From: Limisphaerales bacterium
Lineage (GTDB): Bacteria > Verrucomicrobiota > Verrucomicrobiia > Limisphaerales > JAJOIW01
Length of the DNA stretch: 64,000 bases
Direction of reading: 5' to 3'
NCBI GenBank assembly: GCA_965657355.1
Contig: CBFHOE010000003.1
Coordinates: forward strand, 106,220 to 170,219
Positions 38,972-48,784 of the stretch are shown piece by piece. Positions within the stretch are counted from its first letter, which is position 1, and the number at the start of each line of letters is the position of its first letter. Both the position numbers and the translations under genes were made by a program. The notes under the pieces were generated by a model, which did not search any database, was not told where the DNA came from, and was given only the letters and a program-made list of their open reading frames with translations.

Positions 38972-40243
38972 ATGAAAAACATACTCAAACTTTTGCCATT
39001 AGTTTTACTTTTTATCGCTTTACCTCATTCCGAAGGTCAATCGCCATACACTAATCCGGGAGCTTCCCTTTTTGACTCTCTCAGGAAAAAAAACAAACCG
39101 AGAACAAATTCCTTATCCAAAAAATCCAATCAAGAAAAAGAAATCGAAAGGACCTCGAGCTCCGGTGATCTGACTAATAAAACAGTCAAAATAACAAACC
39201 TTACTTCTACAAATGTCACTCAAAGTAATAAGCTGACTCTCCTATCAACCAACGCACCACCGAAAACCGCCAAAAGCTCTGAATTAGGTTTCTTTCCTGA
39301 CAAAAGCGCCAGCAACGCGCCACCTTCAAGAGTTTCAACCAATGCATTATCGCAAAAAACTTCCTCAAGCCCGATCCCGGCCGGAAGTTTTCTTCTTGAT
39401 AACCAAAACGACGGCGCCACTTTCGGGAGTGCCACAAGGGAGGCAATTTTAGAAGTCTCAGGAAAGGTAGTCGGTGATGGGGGCACTAAAATCAATCCTG
39501 AAGCACTGTCTGAACCTGTAAATAAAATTCCTGCTCTGCCTGCGACATCAAGCACCAATGCATTACCAACCAAAACAGATATTCCGATAACTACTAAAAA
39601 TTTAAAGAAAGACCCTACCGCATCTCCGGTATCTCTGAGTGAAAAGGAAATTATGGACCTCATCGCAAGCCTTGAGGAAGGGACGTCTTCCGACACAAAC
39701 AGTCCTGTAAAAGTCATTAATTCCGCAGACTATGAGGGGAAAACGACTGACTACAAAATCCAGCCTGGTGATATTATCGGGGTAGAAGTTTTTCTTGAGC
39801 CCGATTTAACTAAAGAGCTCAAAGTGGCCGCATCAGGCGAAATCACATACCCGCTTCTTAAGCAGGTTAAAGTTTCAGATAAGTCTGCAGCTCAAGCTGA
39901 GCGCTACATCAGAGACCTTTTGGAACGAGATTACCTTGTAGATCCACACGTCATCATCACAGTCAAGGAATTCAAAGCACAGCAAATTTCTGTCCAAGGT
40001 TTTGTCAATATACCGAAGCTTATCACTCTTCCTCCAGATCAGCCCATGACAATAATGCAAGCGCTCAGTGAAGCCGGTGGAATCCAAAGATTGGGAAACC
40101 CCAACCGCATTGAACTCATTCGACAAGGTAAACCGAACGAATCATTTAAGTTAAAAGATCTCAAAGAAGTAAGCGATCCTTCAAAGATTCTCTACCTCCA
40201 GCCAAATGACGTTGTTTATGTCTATGAAAGAGGTTTGTTCTAA
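38972..40243 (+). CDS. Polysaccharide export protein (Wza-like Poly_export + SLBB) with long low-complexity N-terminus
   Basis: YKIQPGD..VFLEPDL..GEITYPLL..YLVDP; ALSEAGG; LQPNDVVYV. Confidence 0.85.
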   Translation: MKNILKLLPLVLLFIALPHSEGQSPYTNPGASLFDSLRKKNKPRTNSLSKKSNQEKEIERTSSSGDLTNKTVKITNLTSTNVTQSNKLTLLSTNAPPKTAKSSELGFFPDKSASNAPPSRVSTNALSQKTSSSPIPAGSFLLDNQNDGATFGSATREAILEVSGKVVGDGGTKINPEALSEPVNKIPALPATSSTNALPTKTDIPITTKNLKKDPTASPVSLSEKEIMDLIASLEEGTSSDTNSPVKVINSADYEGKTTDYKIQPGDIIGVEVFLEPDLTKELKVAASGEITYPLLKQVKVSDKSAAQAERYIRDLLERDYLVDPHVIITVKEFKAQQISVQGFVNIPKLITLPPDQPMTIMQALSEAGGIQRLGNPNRIELIRQGKPNESFKLKDLKEVSDPSKILYLQPNDVVYVYERGLF

Positions 40244-40276
40244 GAGTGGTTCGGCAAAATCTAGCGACGATTATTA

Positions 40277-42439
40277 ATGAGTGACATAGATCAAATTTCA
40301 GACAAGAGAGAGACTGTAGCAGACCAGGAATCTCAAGAATCTAGCTTAAACCTAAGGCACTATTGGCATATTGTCTTAGAGAGAAGATGGTTAGTTGTTG
40401 CGACTTTTTTGGGTATATTTGCCCTTTCCATTATTTACCTCGTTCGGTCAACTCCAATTTACACGGCTGTTACGCGCCTTCAGATTGATCGCCCTGAAGC
40501 CGGCGCCATAGACTCTGGTTCTCAGTTGGTGCTGCAGGGCAATCATAATGAGTATCTGCAGACAATGTATAAAAGGTTGTTAAGCCGCTCTCTTATCGAG
40601 ATGGTTTTAAACGAACTTCAATTATTGGAAGATGATAGATACAAGCGAGCGATAGACAAGATTCGAGCTCTCAGTAATGATATAACTATTAAGCCTCTTC
40701 GGTTAACTTATTTGGTGGACATAGAGGTCGACCATCCCAACAATGAAATGGCCTCCAACATCGCCAATTCCCTTGCCGATAATTTTCTCCAGGCCAACAT
40801 TGCTCTCTCAGACACAAAATCCCAAGTCGGAATTCAGAAGCTTGATGAAGAGCTTAACATTCTTCAAAAAGAAGCGGAGCAGGACGAGCAGGCATATTTA
40901 GATTACGCTAAAAATGCTGAAGGTGGTGGTGCCTCTCTTGACAAGCAAATGGATGTCGTCATCCTTGCTTACACTCAGGCATCCAACGATTTGTCTGCTG
41001 CCGAAACCCAAGAGCAAATTGCAAAAAGTCTGGCCCAAGAAGCTGAGAGGTATTTACAGGAAGGTAAAGATTTAACATCTATTCCAGCAATAGCCAGTGA
41101 TCCGGTCGTGCTCGCTCTCAAGAAGGAATTAGCAACGAAGCAATCAATTCTTGCTGGTTTGCTCGCCCGTTATAAAAGTAAACACCCTTCAGTTATTTCA
41201 GCCCGCGAAGAGATCCAATCTATTACTATTTCCATACTTGAGAAATCGAAGGAGGTATACAGGAGTTTGCAAGCTGACGCTCAACTTGCATCCAATAAAG
41301 TCAAAAATTTCAAAGCGATTCTTTCGGCAAAGGAACAAAGGCAAATCGAACTCCAGCAGGCAAGGGTTCAATACGACTTTTTAAAAAGAAAAGCCGACCA
41401 GTCTTGGGATCTTTATCAAAAGGTGCTCTCAGAGAAAGAAATCAAAAGAATTAATAGAAACTACAAAGAAAACAACATCAGCGTCGTTGACAGAGCCACT
41501 CCTCCGGGAACTCCTTCCAAGCCTCGGAAGTCCCTTATTCTACTAATGGGCGTCGTTGGTGGCCTTGCTGCCGGGGTTGGTTTAGCCTTTTTCGTCAACT
41601 TTTTAGATGATTCGGTTAAGACACAGGAAGATGTTGAAAACGTTCTCAAACTTCAATTCTTGGGATACATTCCAAACATCAAAACTAATAGCTTGGTCGA
41701 GCGAGATCTTCAATCGCACTTGCATCCCCAATCGACCGCTGCAGAAGCTTTTCGTACTTTACGAACGACTGTTTCCCTCATGCCCAAAGCGGATGATTTA
41801 AACGTCATTTCAATGACGAGCACTATTCCTTCTGAGGGTAAATCATTGGTCGCTTCTAACCTTGCTATTGTCATGGCTCAAACAGGAATGAAGACGGTAT
41901 TGGTTGATGCCGATTTGAGGCGTCCATCCGTTCACAAAGCCTTTCAGTTACATTCACCTGTTGGTTTGGCTGCATACCTGAAAAGAGAGGCAAATACCAT
42001 AGACGAAATTGTTCATAAGTCAGAAGTTCCGGATTTGGACATCATATGCTGCGGTGGAATTCCGGGAAGCCCGTCTGAGTTGGTGAGCTCTTCCAGGATG
42101 TTTCAATTTATTGAAGAACTGAGACAAAAATACGACAAGGTCGTCATAGATTGTCCGCCGGTTTCCGCTGTCTCAGATCCTTTGGTAATTGCGGCTCGCA
42201 CCGACGGGGTCATTTTCGTCAATAAATTCAATAGGATCAGAAGGGAGCATGCCAGAAGGACCATTCAACGCATCCAGGATGCTGGAGTTAGGATTCTTGG
42301 TGCCGCCATTAATGACATTGATTTCGAAGGAAAAGATTCCTATTACTACAGTTACTACTATTATCAAAATCGTTATTATGCGAGTCATTATAGCGATGGA
42401 GATTCTTCGGAATCGTCTTCCAAAAAGAAAGCCTCATAA
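40277..42439 (+). CDS. Polysaccharide co-polymerase / BY-kinase (Wzc-like)
   Basis: Two TM segments flanking coiled coil; EAFRTLRT, PSEGKS Walker A, DADLRRP, IDCPP, C-terminal Tyr cluster. Confidence 0.93.
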   Translation: MSDIDQISDKRETVADQESQESSLNLRHYWHIVLERRWLVVATFLGIFALSIIYLVRSTPIYTAVTRLQIDRPEAGAIDSGSQLVLQGNHNEYLQTMYKRLLSRSLIEMVLNELQLLEDDRYKRAIDKIRALSNDITIKPLRLTYLVDIEVDHPNNEMASNIANSLADNFLQANIALSDTKSQVGIQKLDEELNILQKEAEQDEQAYLDYAKNAEGGGASLDKQMDVVILAYTQASNDLSAAETQEQIAKSLAQEAERYLQEGKDLTSIPAIASDPVVLALKKELATKQSILAGLLARYKSKHPSVISAREEIQSITISILEKSKEVYRSLQADAQLASNKVKNFKAILSAKEQRQIELQQARVQYDFLKRKADQSWDLYQKVLSEKEIKRINRNYKENNISVVDRATPPGTPSKPRKSLILLMGVVGGLAAGVGLAFFVNFLDDSVKTQEDVENVLKLQFLGYIPNIKTNSLVERDLQSHLHPQSTAAEAFRTLRTTVSLMPKADDLNVISMTSTIPSEGKSLVASNLAIVMAQTGMKTVLVDADLRRPSVHKAFQLHSPVGLAAYLKREANTIDEIVHKSEVPDLDIICCGGIPGSPSELVSSSRMFQFIEELRQKYDKVVIDCPPVSAVSDPLVIAARTDGVIFVNKFNRIRREHARRTIQRIQDAGVRILGAAINDIDFEGKDSYYYSYYYYQNRYYASHYSDGDSSESSSKKKAS

Positions 42440-42457
42440 CTTTATCAAAAAACATTT

Positions 42458-42492
42458 AACCCCTCTTGCAGACCGATGCTTGAGGGGTTTTT
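42458..42492 (+). terminator. Rho-independent terminator after wzc-like gene
   Basis: AACCCCTC...GAGGGGTT stem followed by T-tract. Confidence 0.75.
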
Positions 42493-42569
42493 CTTTATTC
42501 CAATGTGAGGAGTTTACTTTACTCTCAGCGATTCAAGCTTAACATTCTTGAATATTCTAATTTAAACAA

Positions 42570-43592
42570 ATGAGTAACTCAGACGAGAATCATTCAATGA
42601 CCGCGAGTAGCGATGACATAAAGACAATAGAGCTCCTCAAAGAAACGACGGCAAAGATGAGAGAGGAGTTGGCCAAAGTCATTATTGGCCAAGACGATGT
42701 TATCGAAAAGCTACTCATTTGTATCTTATCTAAGGGTCATGGTCTGCTCATGGGGGTTCCGGGTTTGGCGAAAACAACTCTAGTGAATGCTGTGTCAGAG
42801 GTGATGTCCTTAAAATTCAGCCGAATTCAGTTCACTCCCGACTTGATGCCCTCTGATATTACAGGAACGGACATCCTGCAAGATACAGACGAACCTGGCA
42901 AAAGAGCTTTCGTTTTTGTCAAAGGTCCACTCTTTGCGAACATAATTCTAGCCGACGAAATAAATAGAACGCCTCCAAAAACACAAAGTGCTTTGCTCGA
43001 AGCCATGCAGGAAAAGCGAGTCACCGCCAATGGGAAAAACTACAAGTTGCCGGCGCCTTTTTTTGTGCTGGCTACTCAAAACCCAATCGAACAGGAAGGA
43101 ACCTACGCGCTACCAGAAGCTCAGCTAGACCGATTCATGTTTCTCATCCAAGTGGAATATCCTAACCGAGAAGAAGAAAGAGAGATAGCTCGCCAGACAA
43201 CAAAAGGCACTCACGAAAAAATCAAATCCTGTATTACGGGAAGAAAGTTAGAAAAGTTCCAAGAAGTCGTTGAGCAATTGCCAGTGCCCGACAGTCTTTA
43301 TGATTTTGCCGTCGATTTAATCAGAGCAACAAGACCAAAAGAAGAGGAGTCCCCTGAGTGGCTGCGAAGATGGGTTTCGTGGGGAGCAGGGCCACGTGCT
43401 GTTCAATACCTAATTCGGGGTGCTAAAGCACGAGCCGTTCTCAATGGAAGTTACCTCGTTAGGCAAGAAGACATTGAAGCTGTTGCCTACCCTGTATTAA
43501 GCCACCGATTGGTCACTAATTTTCAAGCCCAAAGTGAAGGCAAAACGGTCGACGACATTATCGCTCGCCTGATAGAAGAACTCGGATCATGA
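42570..43592 (+). CDS. MoxR family AAA+ ATPase
   Basis: GVPGLAKT, RIQFTPDLMPSD, LADEINRTPPKTQSALLEAMQE, ATQNPIEQEGTY. Confidence 0.95.
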   Translation: MSNSDENHSMTASSDDIKTIELLKETTAKMREELAKVIIGQDDVIEKLLICILSKGHGLLMGVPGLAKTTLVNAVSEVMSLKFSRIQFTPDLMPSDITGTDILQDTDEPGKRAFVFVKGPLFANIILADEINRTPPKTQSALLEAMQEKRVTANGKNYKLPAPFFVLATQNPIEQEGTYALPEAQLDRFMFLIQVEYPNREEEREIARQTTKGTHEKIKSCITGRKLEKFQEVVEQLPVPDSLYDFAVDLIRATRPKEEESPEWLRRWVSWGAGPRAVQYLIRGAKARAVLNGSYLVRQEDIEAVAYPVLSHRLVTNFQAQSEGKTVDDIIARLIEELGS

Positions 43593-43619
43593 GTTAACTA
43601 AGGCCAAAGATTTTCTACC

Positions 43620-44525
43620 GTGCCAGAGATCGTTCCCACACCATTTTTTGACCCTGCGATTGCATCTCGCCTGAGCGGATTTGCACTGCAGGCGCGCGAG
43701 GCAAAGGAAGGGACAATGTCTGGTATTCATAAAAGTCCTCATCGCGGTGCAAGTGTTGAGTTTTCCGAATACAGAGATTACGTACCGGGAGATGATTTAC
43801 GCCGATTAGATTGGAGGGTATTTGCCAAAACGGATCGATTTTACATGAAAGAATTCGAGGCAGAGACAAACCTTAGGTCCTATGTCGTTCTCGATGGCAG
43901 TGGATCTATGTCTTACCGAGGTGATCTCAAAGACTCAAAATTTGATCATGCCCGAAGACTTTCATCTATCCTATCCTATGTATTGCTCAGGCAGGGCGAC
44001 GCTATTGGGCTGCATATCTCCAATAATGAAAAATCTGCTGAACTGCCTTCTCTCAGACGTCCAAGTCATTTGCAGGAAGTGTTTCATTCGATGGCCCGAT
44101 TCGAATGCTCAGGCGAAAATTGCCTTTCAGAGTCACTCCATAAACTGGCAGAGACCTCAAAAAGAAGGGGGTTGTTTCTAATCTTTTCTGATTTTTTTTG
44201 TGACTTGGATTCTTTAATGCCTGCGCTTCAGCATCTCAGGCATCAAAAGCACGAGGTGGCCCTTTTTGAAACTCTTCACCCACAAGAACTAAATTTTGAT
44301 TTTTCCAAGTCTACTCGATTTAAAGATTTAGAGGGGCCAGCGGAACTTGTCGTTGAGCCCAGCGTAGTAAAAAAAGAATACCTAAAATTTCTTAACAACC
44401 ATTTGGAAAAGTTCAGGAAAGCAACAAGCCAGCATCATTTTGAACTGATTCGCTCACTTGTCGAAAGCGAATATGAACAAGAGTTAGTAAGATTCATCAC
44501 GTCTAGGATGAATAAAAGTGGGTAA
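43620..44525 (+). CDS. DUF58 family protein
   Basis: EFSEYRDYVPGDDLRRLDW, DGSGSM, FSDF. Confidence 0.92.
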   Translation: MPEIVPTPFFDPAIASRLSGFALQAREAKEGTMSGIHKSPHRGASVEFSEYRDYVPGDDLRRLDWRVFAKTDRFYMKEFEAETNLRSYVVLDGSGSMSYRGDLKDSKFDHARRLSSILSYVLLRQGDAIGLHISNNEKSAELPSLRRPSHLQEVFHSMARFECSGENCLSESLHKLAETSKRRGLFLIFSDFFCDLDSLMPALQHLRHQKHEVALFETLHPQELNFDFSKSTRFKDLEGPAELVVEPSVVKKEYLKFLNNHLEKFRKATSQHHFELIRSLVESEYEQELVRFITSRMNKSG

Positions 44526-44536
44526 TAAGTCACATT

Positions 44537-46543
44537 ATGTCGTTTCTTCAGCCTGAGATACTTTTTGGATTGCCACTTTTGATGGTGCCCATTCTTATTC
44601 ACCTCCTCAATAGGCGTCGATATCGAATCGAGGACTGGGGGGCGATGCAATTTCTTATTCAGGCCACCAGGGCTTCAACATCCAGGGCTAAATTAAAACA
44701 AATACTGATCCTTTTGATGCGGACATTGGCTGTGTTGATGCTGATTTTTTTCCTGGCTCGTCCATTAGCTGGTGGTTGGGTTGGGCAGCTTGGTGGGGGG
44801 AAACCAGATACCATTTTTATCGTGATTGACCGTTCGGCGTCGATGGAGCTTGGCGGGGGAGGTGCAACCAAATCGTTGAGAGCTCAAGCTGTTGATTCCT
44901 TTAATGATGCCTATCAACTCTATCAAAAAGAAGCAAACCTCGTGTTGGTGGATACCGTGAGTTCCGAGGTTATCCCAGTGGATTCATTCGATACTTTGAA
45001 AGATGAGTGGCTAGCTGAAACAACTGACACAACCACATCATTTCCCTTGGTCATGACTCAAATATATGACTGGATTCAAAAGAACTCGGTTGGTATTTCT
45101 GAAATATGGATTGCCTCAGATTTACAAGTTAGCAATTGGCAGTTAAATGACTCCATCTGGGAGGAAATCTCTAAAAAATTCAAAAGTTTACCTCAGAAAG
45201 TATCTCTAAAAGTATTAGCAATGGAAGCTTCATCGTCGGCAAACATTGGCGTCATTTCAGATAATCTTGTTGATTCCGGGTTTGGATTCACAGCTGAGAT
45301 CCCTTTGAAGGTTTCCTTTATCCAAAATTCTCCGGAGGAAAAAATAATTCCTGTAGATGTCAAAGCAGAGGAAGCAACCTTCCAGTCAGAAGTTGAATTA
45401 GTTGGAGAGAGAACAATTTGGAGGCAAACAGTAAGTGTTTCGGGTGATAAGCCTGTGTCTTGGATAAATGTCTCTCTTCCCGACGACGAGAATAATCGCG
45501 ACAATAATTTCTACTATGTCGTGCCGCCCGAGGTAAAACCACGGGTGATCATAGTTTCGGAGAGAGAAGATGTTGGAAAGATTATCGAGGCAGCCGTTAG
45601 TGTGGGTGTTCCCAAAGATTCTGTCATAGAAACCAAATCTTCACTGGATGTGGCTCCCGAAGGGGACACCACGATTATTATATGGCAAGGCTCATTGCCC
45701 CAACTTGATGCGACTGACTTCCTTACAAATTTTGTTGAAAGCGGTGGAAGTATTCTTTTTTTACCGTCCACGGAGGAACGGATTGTCGATCGAGAAATTT
45801 TTAATACGCAGTGGGGTGCTGTGGAGGTTGCTGAAGAAAGTGATATCTTTTCCATAAACAATTGGGACCAGAAGGCTGGCCCGGTCGCAAAAACAGCTGA
45901 GGGTTTTAGTCTGCCATTGGACAAAAACGACTTTCTCAAGCGGCGCGCCATACAATCAAGTGGATCACCAATCGTTTTCTTTACTGATGAGAAAAGTTTT
46001 TTTCTGCAAACCAGGAATGGAAAAGGGCATACCTATTGGATGTCGTCTTTACCGATTCCAGATTGGTCGACCCTCGGGCAAGGATACTCATTCGTCCCAA
46101 TTCTCCAGCGAATCCTGATTGAAGCATCAAGCCGGTTTGTCAAGCCGGTTCAGGTAGAAGCGGGTCGTTTTTTCTTAAATGATGAAAATTCTAACCCCTC
46201 AGATTGGTTGCCTGTTTATCCTGAAAAATTAGGAATGAATCCATTGTTACAATCAGGTATATACAAAAATGATGAGCGCTTAATTGCTGTGAACCCTCCA
46301 GCTGAGGAGTTTGGGATGAGTTTTTATAATGCGAATGATTTAAAACCCCTGTTAGACGGAATGAATCTGACAGTTGTTAATGTCGAAAGTAATCCTTCGG
46401 GAGCTAGTGAAGACGATAATGAATTACAGTCAGAACTATGGAAGCTGTTTCTTATTTCCATGATTATCTTTCTAGCACTTGAAAGCTATTTCACCTTACC
46501 ACCGAGTCAAGCCCGCAACACAAACGAAGGGGCTAGCGCATGA
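44537..46543 (+). CDS. BatA N-terminal domain / VWA-like membrane protein
   Basis: PILIHLLNRRR..WGAMQFL, LARP, IDRSASM MIDAS-like motif, C-terminal TM. Confidence 0.85.
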   Translation: MSFLQPEILFGLPLLMVPILIHLLNRRRYRIEDWGAMQFLIQATRASTSRAKLKQILILLMRTLAVLMLIFFLARPLAGGWVGQLGGGKPDTIFIVIDRSASMELGGGGATKSLRAQAVDSFNDAYQLYQKEANLVLVDTVSSEVIPVDSFDTLKDEWLAETTDTTTSFPLVMTQIYDWIQKNSVGISEIWIASDLQVSNWQLNDSIWEEISKKFKSLPQKVSLKVLAMEASSSANIGVISDNLVDSGFGFTAEIPLKVSFIQNSPEEKIIPVDVKAEEATFQSEVELVGERTIWRQTVSVSGDKPVSWINVSLPDDENNRDNNFYYVVPPEVKPRVIIVSEREDVGKIIEAAVSVGVPKDSVIETKSSLDVAPEGDTTIIIWQGSLPQLDATDFLTNFVESGGSILFLPSTEERIVDREIFNTQWGAVEVAEESDIFSINNWDQKAGPVAKTAEGFSLPLDKNDFLKRRAIQSSGSPIVFFTDEKSFFLQTRNGKGHTYWMSSLPIPDWSTLGQGYSFVPILQRILIEASSRFVKPVQVEAGRFFLNDENSNPSDWLPVYPEKLGMNPLLQSGIYKNDERLIAVNPPAEEFGMSFYNANDLKPLLDGMNLTVVNVESNPSGASEDDNELQSELWKLFLISMIIFLALESYFTLPPSQARNTNEGASA

Positions 46544-48726
46544 ATCAACTGACTTTTTCAACGGGCCCTTTGTCGATTGTCGCCGGAACGCTAATAGCCT
46601 TTTATTTTCTTTGGATGGCCTTCCAACATCTACAAAGAAACGCTCCCTCCACAGGTAGAGTATTCTTAGAATTGCTCAGGCTTGGCATCGTATCGTGTAT
46701 TATTATCACACTATTCAAGCCGGAGTGGATCGAGAAGGTAAATGAGGATCAGAAACCTGTTATCGCTGTTCTGTCGGATAAATCGAATAGCATGATAACC
46801 TCTGATATTCAGAACGAAGAATCGCTTTCATCAAGGAAGGATTGGTTGGGTGCCGCTTTAGAAAGTGACATTTGGTCTACCCTTGATTCTGATAATGAAT
46901 TGCTTTTTATCGATTTTAGCCCAAAGCCTGAGCCCGGTTCTTTAGAAATCGAGGGTACAGATCTTTCCGATCCACTAGAATCAGTTTTAAAAGCTAATTC
47001 CCAACTTCGCTCCGTTTTGGTTCTATCTGACGGTGACTGGAATGTCGGTATGTCCCCTGACTTAGTTGCAAAAAAATACCGATCTCGTGGAGTTCCAATT
47101 TTTACAACTGTCGTCGGTAGGGATTCTCCATTGCCTGACGTTAGCATTGAAGATGTTAAAGTGCCTGGGTTTGGTTTGCTCGGTGAACAGGTGGCCATAG
47201 GATTCAGAATAAAATCCACTCTTCCAAATGATGTTGAAATCGAAGTGGAACTTCAAAGTGAAGAGGACGAGAACCAAACACAAACTCTAACACTACCTGC
47301 TTTTGGTGAAATTCAGGATTCTTTTCTTTTTTATCCGGAGACGGAAGGAAAGAGAAAAATGTCTCTCAAAATTCCTGTGCAAAAGAATGAAATTAGTGAC
47401 TCAAATAATATAGAAAATTTTAATTTTACAGTCAGAAAGGAAACTTTAAAGGTTTTAGTGGTCGATTCACTACCTCGATGGGAATATCGATATTTACGAA
47501 ATGCCCTAGAAAGGGATCCCGGTGTCGAAATGAGTTGTATTCTTTTTCATCCAGGAATGGGCCTAGGTGGAGGAAAAAATTACCTTTCACAATTTCCAAA
47601 CACTCGAGAGGCATTGAGCCCGTTCGATGTGGTTTTCCTGGGGGATGTGGGAATAGGAGATGGAGAATTAACGGAAGAACAAGCCGATCTCATTAAAGGA
47701 CTCGTTGAACAACAATCTAGCGGACTTGTCCTAGTTCCAGGGCGTCGAGGTAGAATTCTCTCCTTCCTAAATTCTCCTCTCGAGGATCTAATTCCAGTCC
47801 AGCTTGATGATACGAAGCAAAATGGATATCCATTACAAAATGAGAATCCAATAAATCTTACGACTAGAGGCGGAGGACACCTTCTTACCCGCTTTGAAAT
47901 GGATGAGGATAAAAATTCCAAATTATGGGAGGGTCTGCCAGGGTTTTTTTGGTCTGCTCCTGTTTTGAAAAGTCGACCGGGGACGGAAGTTCTGGGTGTT
48001 CACGGTTCTCTACGTAACCAATGGGGGCGGTTACCAATGCTTGTGACTAAAACTGCTGGCTCCGGACATGTTCTTTTTATGGGAACAGATAGTGCATGGA
48101 GATGGCGACGGGGTGTCGAAGATAAATACCACTACCGACTATGGTCTCAAGTAGTGCGTTGGATGGCACACAGGCGCAATCTAGCGGAGAAGGAAGGGAT
48201 ACGTCTTAGTTTTTCTCCCGAAAACCCCGAGGCTGGTGATAAAGTTTATCTTCAGGCTTCGATCCTTAATAGAGCTGGCTTTCCTCTTGAAGCAGTTAAA
48301 ATTAATGCGCGTTTAGAATTTCCTGACGGTTCGGTCGAGCTCATAGAAATGAAAAAAGTTGAAGGTGGGTGGGGTGTCTTTGAGGGTTGGTTTCAATCTG
48401 CCTTATCAGGACCGCACTCCATTTCTATCAATATCCCTAATCAAGGCAGAGAGCTGAAAACGGAGCTCCAGGTTCGGAGCCCTTCACTTGAAAAGGTCGG
48501 TCAACCAGCAAAAAGAAGTGTACTCGCCGGTCTTTCACAAATTTCTGGCGGACAGGTTGGTGGCTTTAATGAATTAGAAAACATAATTACGGCTATGAAA
48601 TCTGTGCCCGAGCCAGAGGAAGAATTAAGAAAAACCCGATTGTGGGCACACCCATATTGGGGGGGCTTTATACTTTTGCTGCTTTCAGTTTATTGGATTG
48701 GCCGTAAACTAACTGGGTTCGTATAA
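46540..48726 (+). CDS. VWA and class-I-GATase-like domain membrane protein
   Basis: DKSNSM, LSDG, PRWEYRYLRNAL, DSAWRWR motifs; N- and C-terminal TM segments. Confidence 0.8.
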   Translation: MNQLTFSTGPLSIVAGTLIAFYFLWMAFQHLQRNAPSTGRVFLELLRLGIVSCIIITLFKPEWIEKVNEDQKPVIAVLSDKSNSMITSDIQNEESLSSRKDWLGAALESDIWSTLDSDNELLFIDFSPKPEPGSLEIEGTDLSDPLESVLKANSQLRSVLVLSDGDWNVGMSPDLVAKKYRSRGVPIFTTVVGRDSPLPDVSIEDVKVPGFGLLGEQVAIGFRIKSTLPNDVEIEVELQSEEDENQTQTLTLPAFGEIQDSFLFYPETEGKRKMSLKIPVQKNEISDSNNIENFNFTVRKETLKVLVVDSLPRWEYRYLRNALERDPGVEMSCILFHPGMGLGGGKNYLSQFPNTREALSPFDVVFLGDVGIGDGELTEEQADLIKGLVEQQSSGLVLVPGRRGRILSFLNSPLEDLIPVQLDDTKQNGYPLQNENPINLTTRGGGHLLTRFEMDEDKNSKLWEGLPGFFWSAPVLKSRPGTEVLGVHGSLRNQWGRLPMLVTKTAGSGHVLFMGTDSAWRWRRGVEDKYHYRLWSQVVRWMAHRRNLAEKEGIRLSFSPENPEAGDKVYLQASILNRAGFPLEAVKINARLEFPDGSVELIEMKKVEGGWGVFEGWFQSALSGPHSISINIPNQGRELKTELQVRSPSLEKVGQPAKRSVLAGLSQISGGQVGGFNELENIITAMKSVPEPEEELRKTRLWAHPYWGGFILLLLSVYWIGRKLTGFV

Positions 48727-48784
48727 GATTTTGACCACCAATTCATTAACTAAGTGCCTTGAGCAAACGAATTAAAAATCAAAA

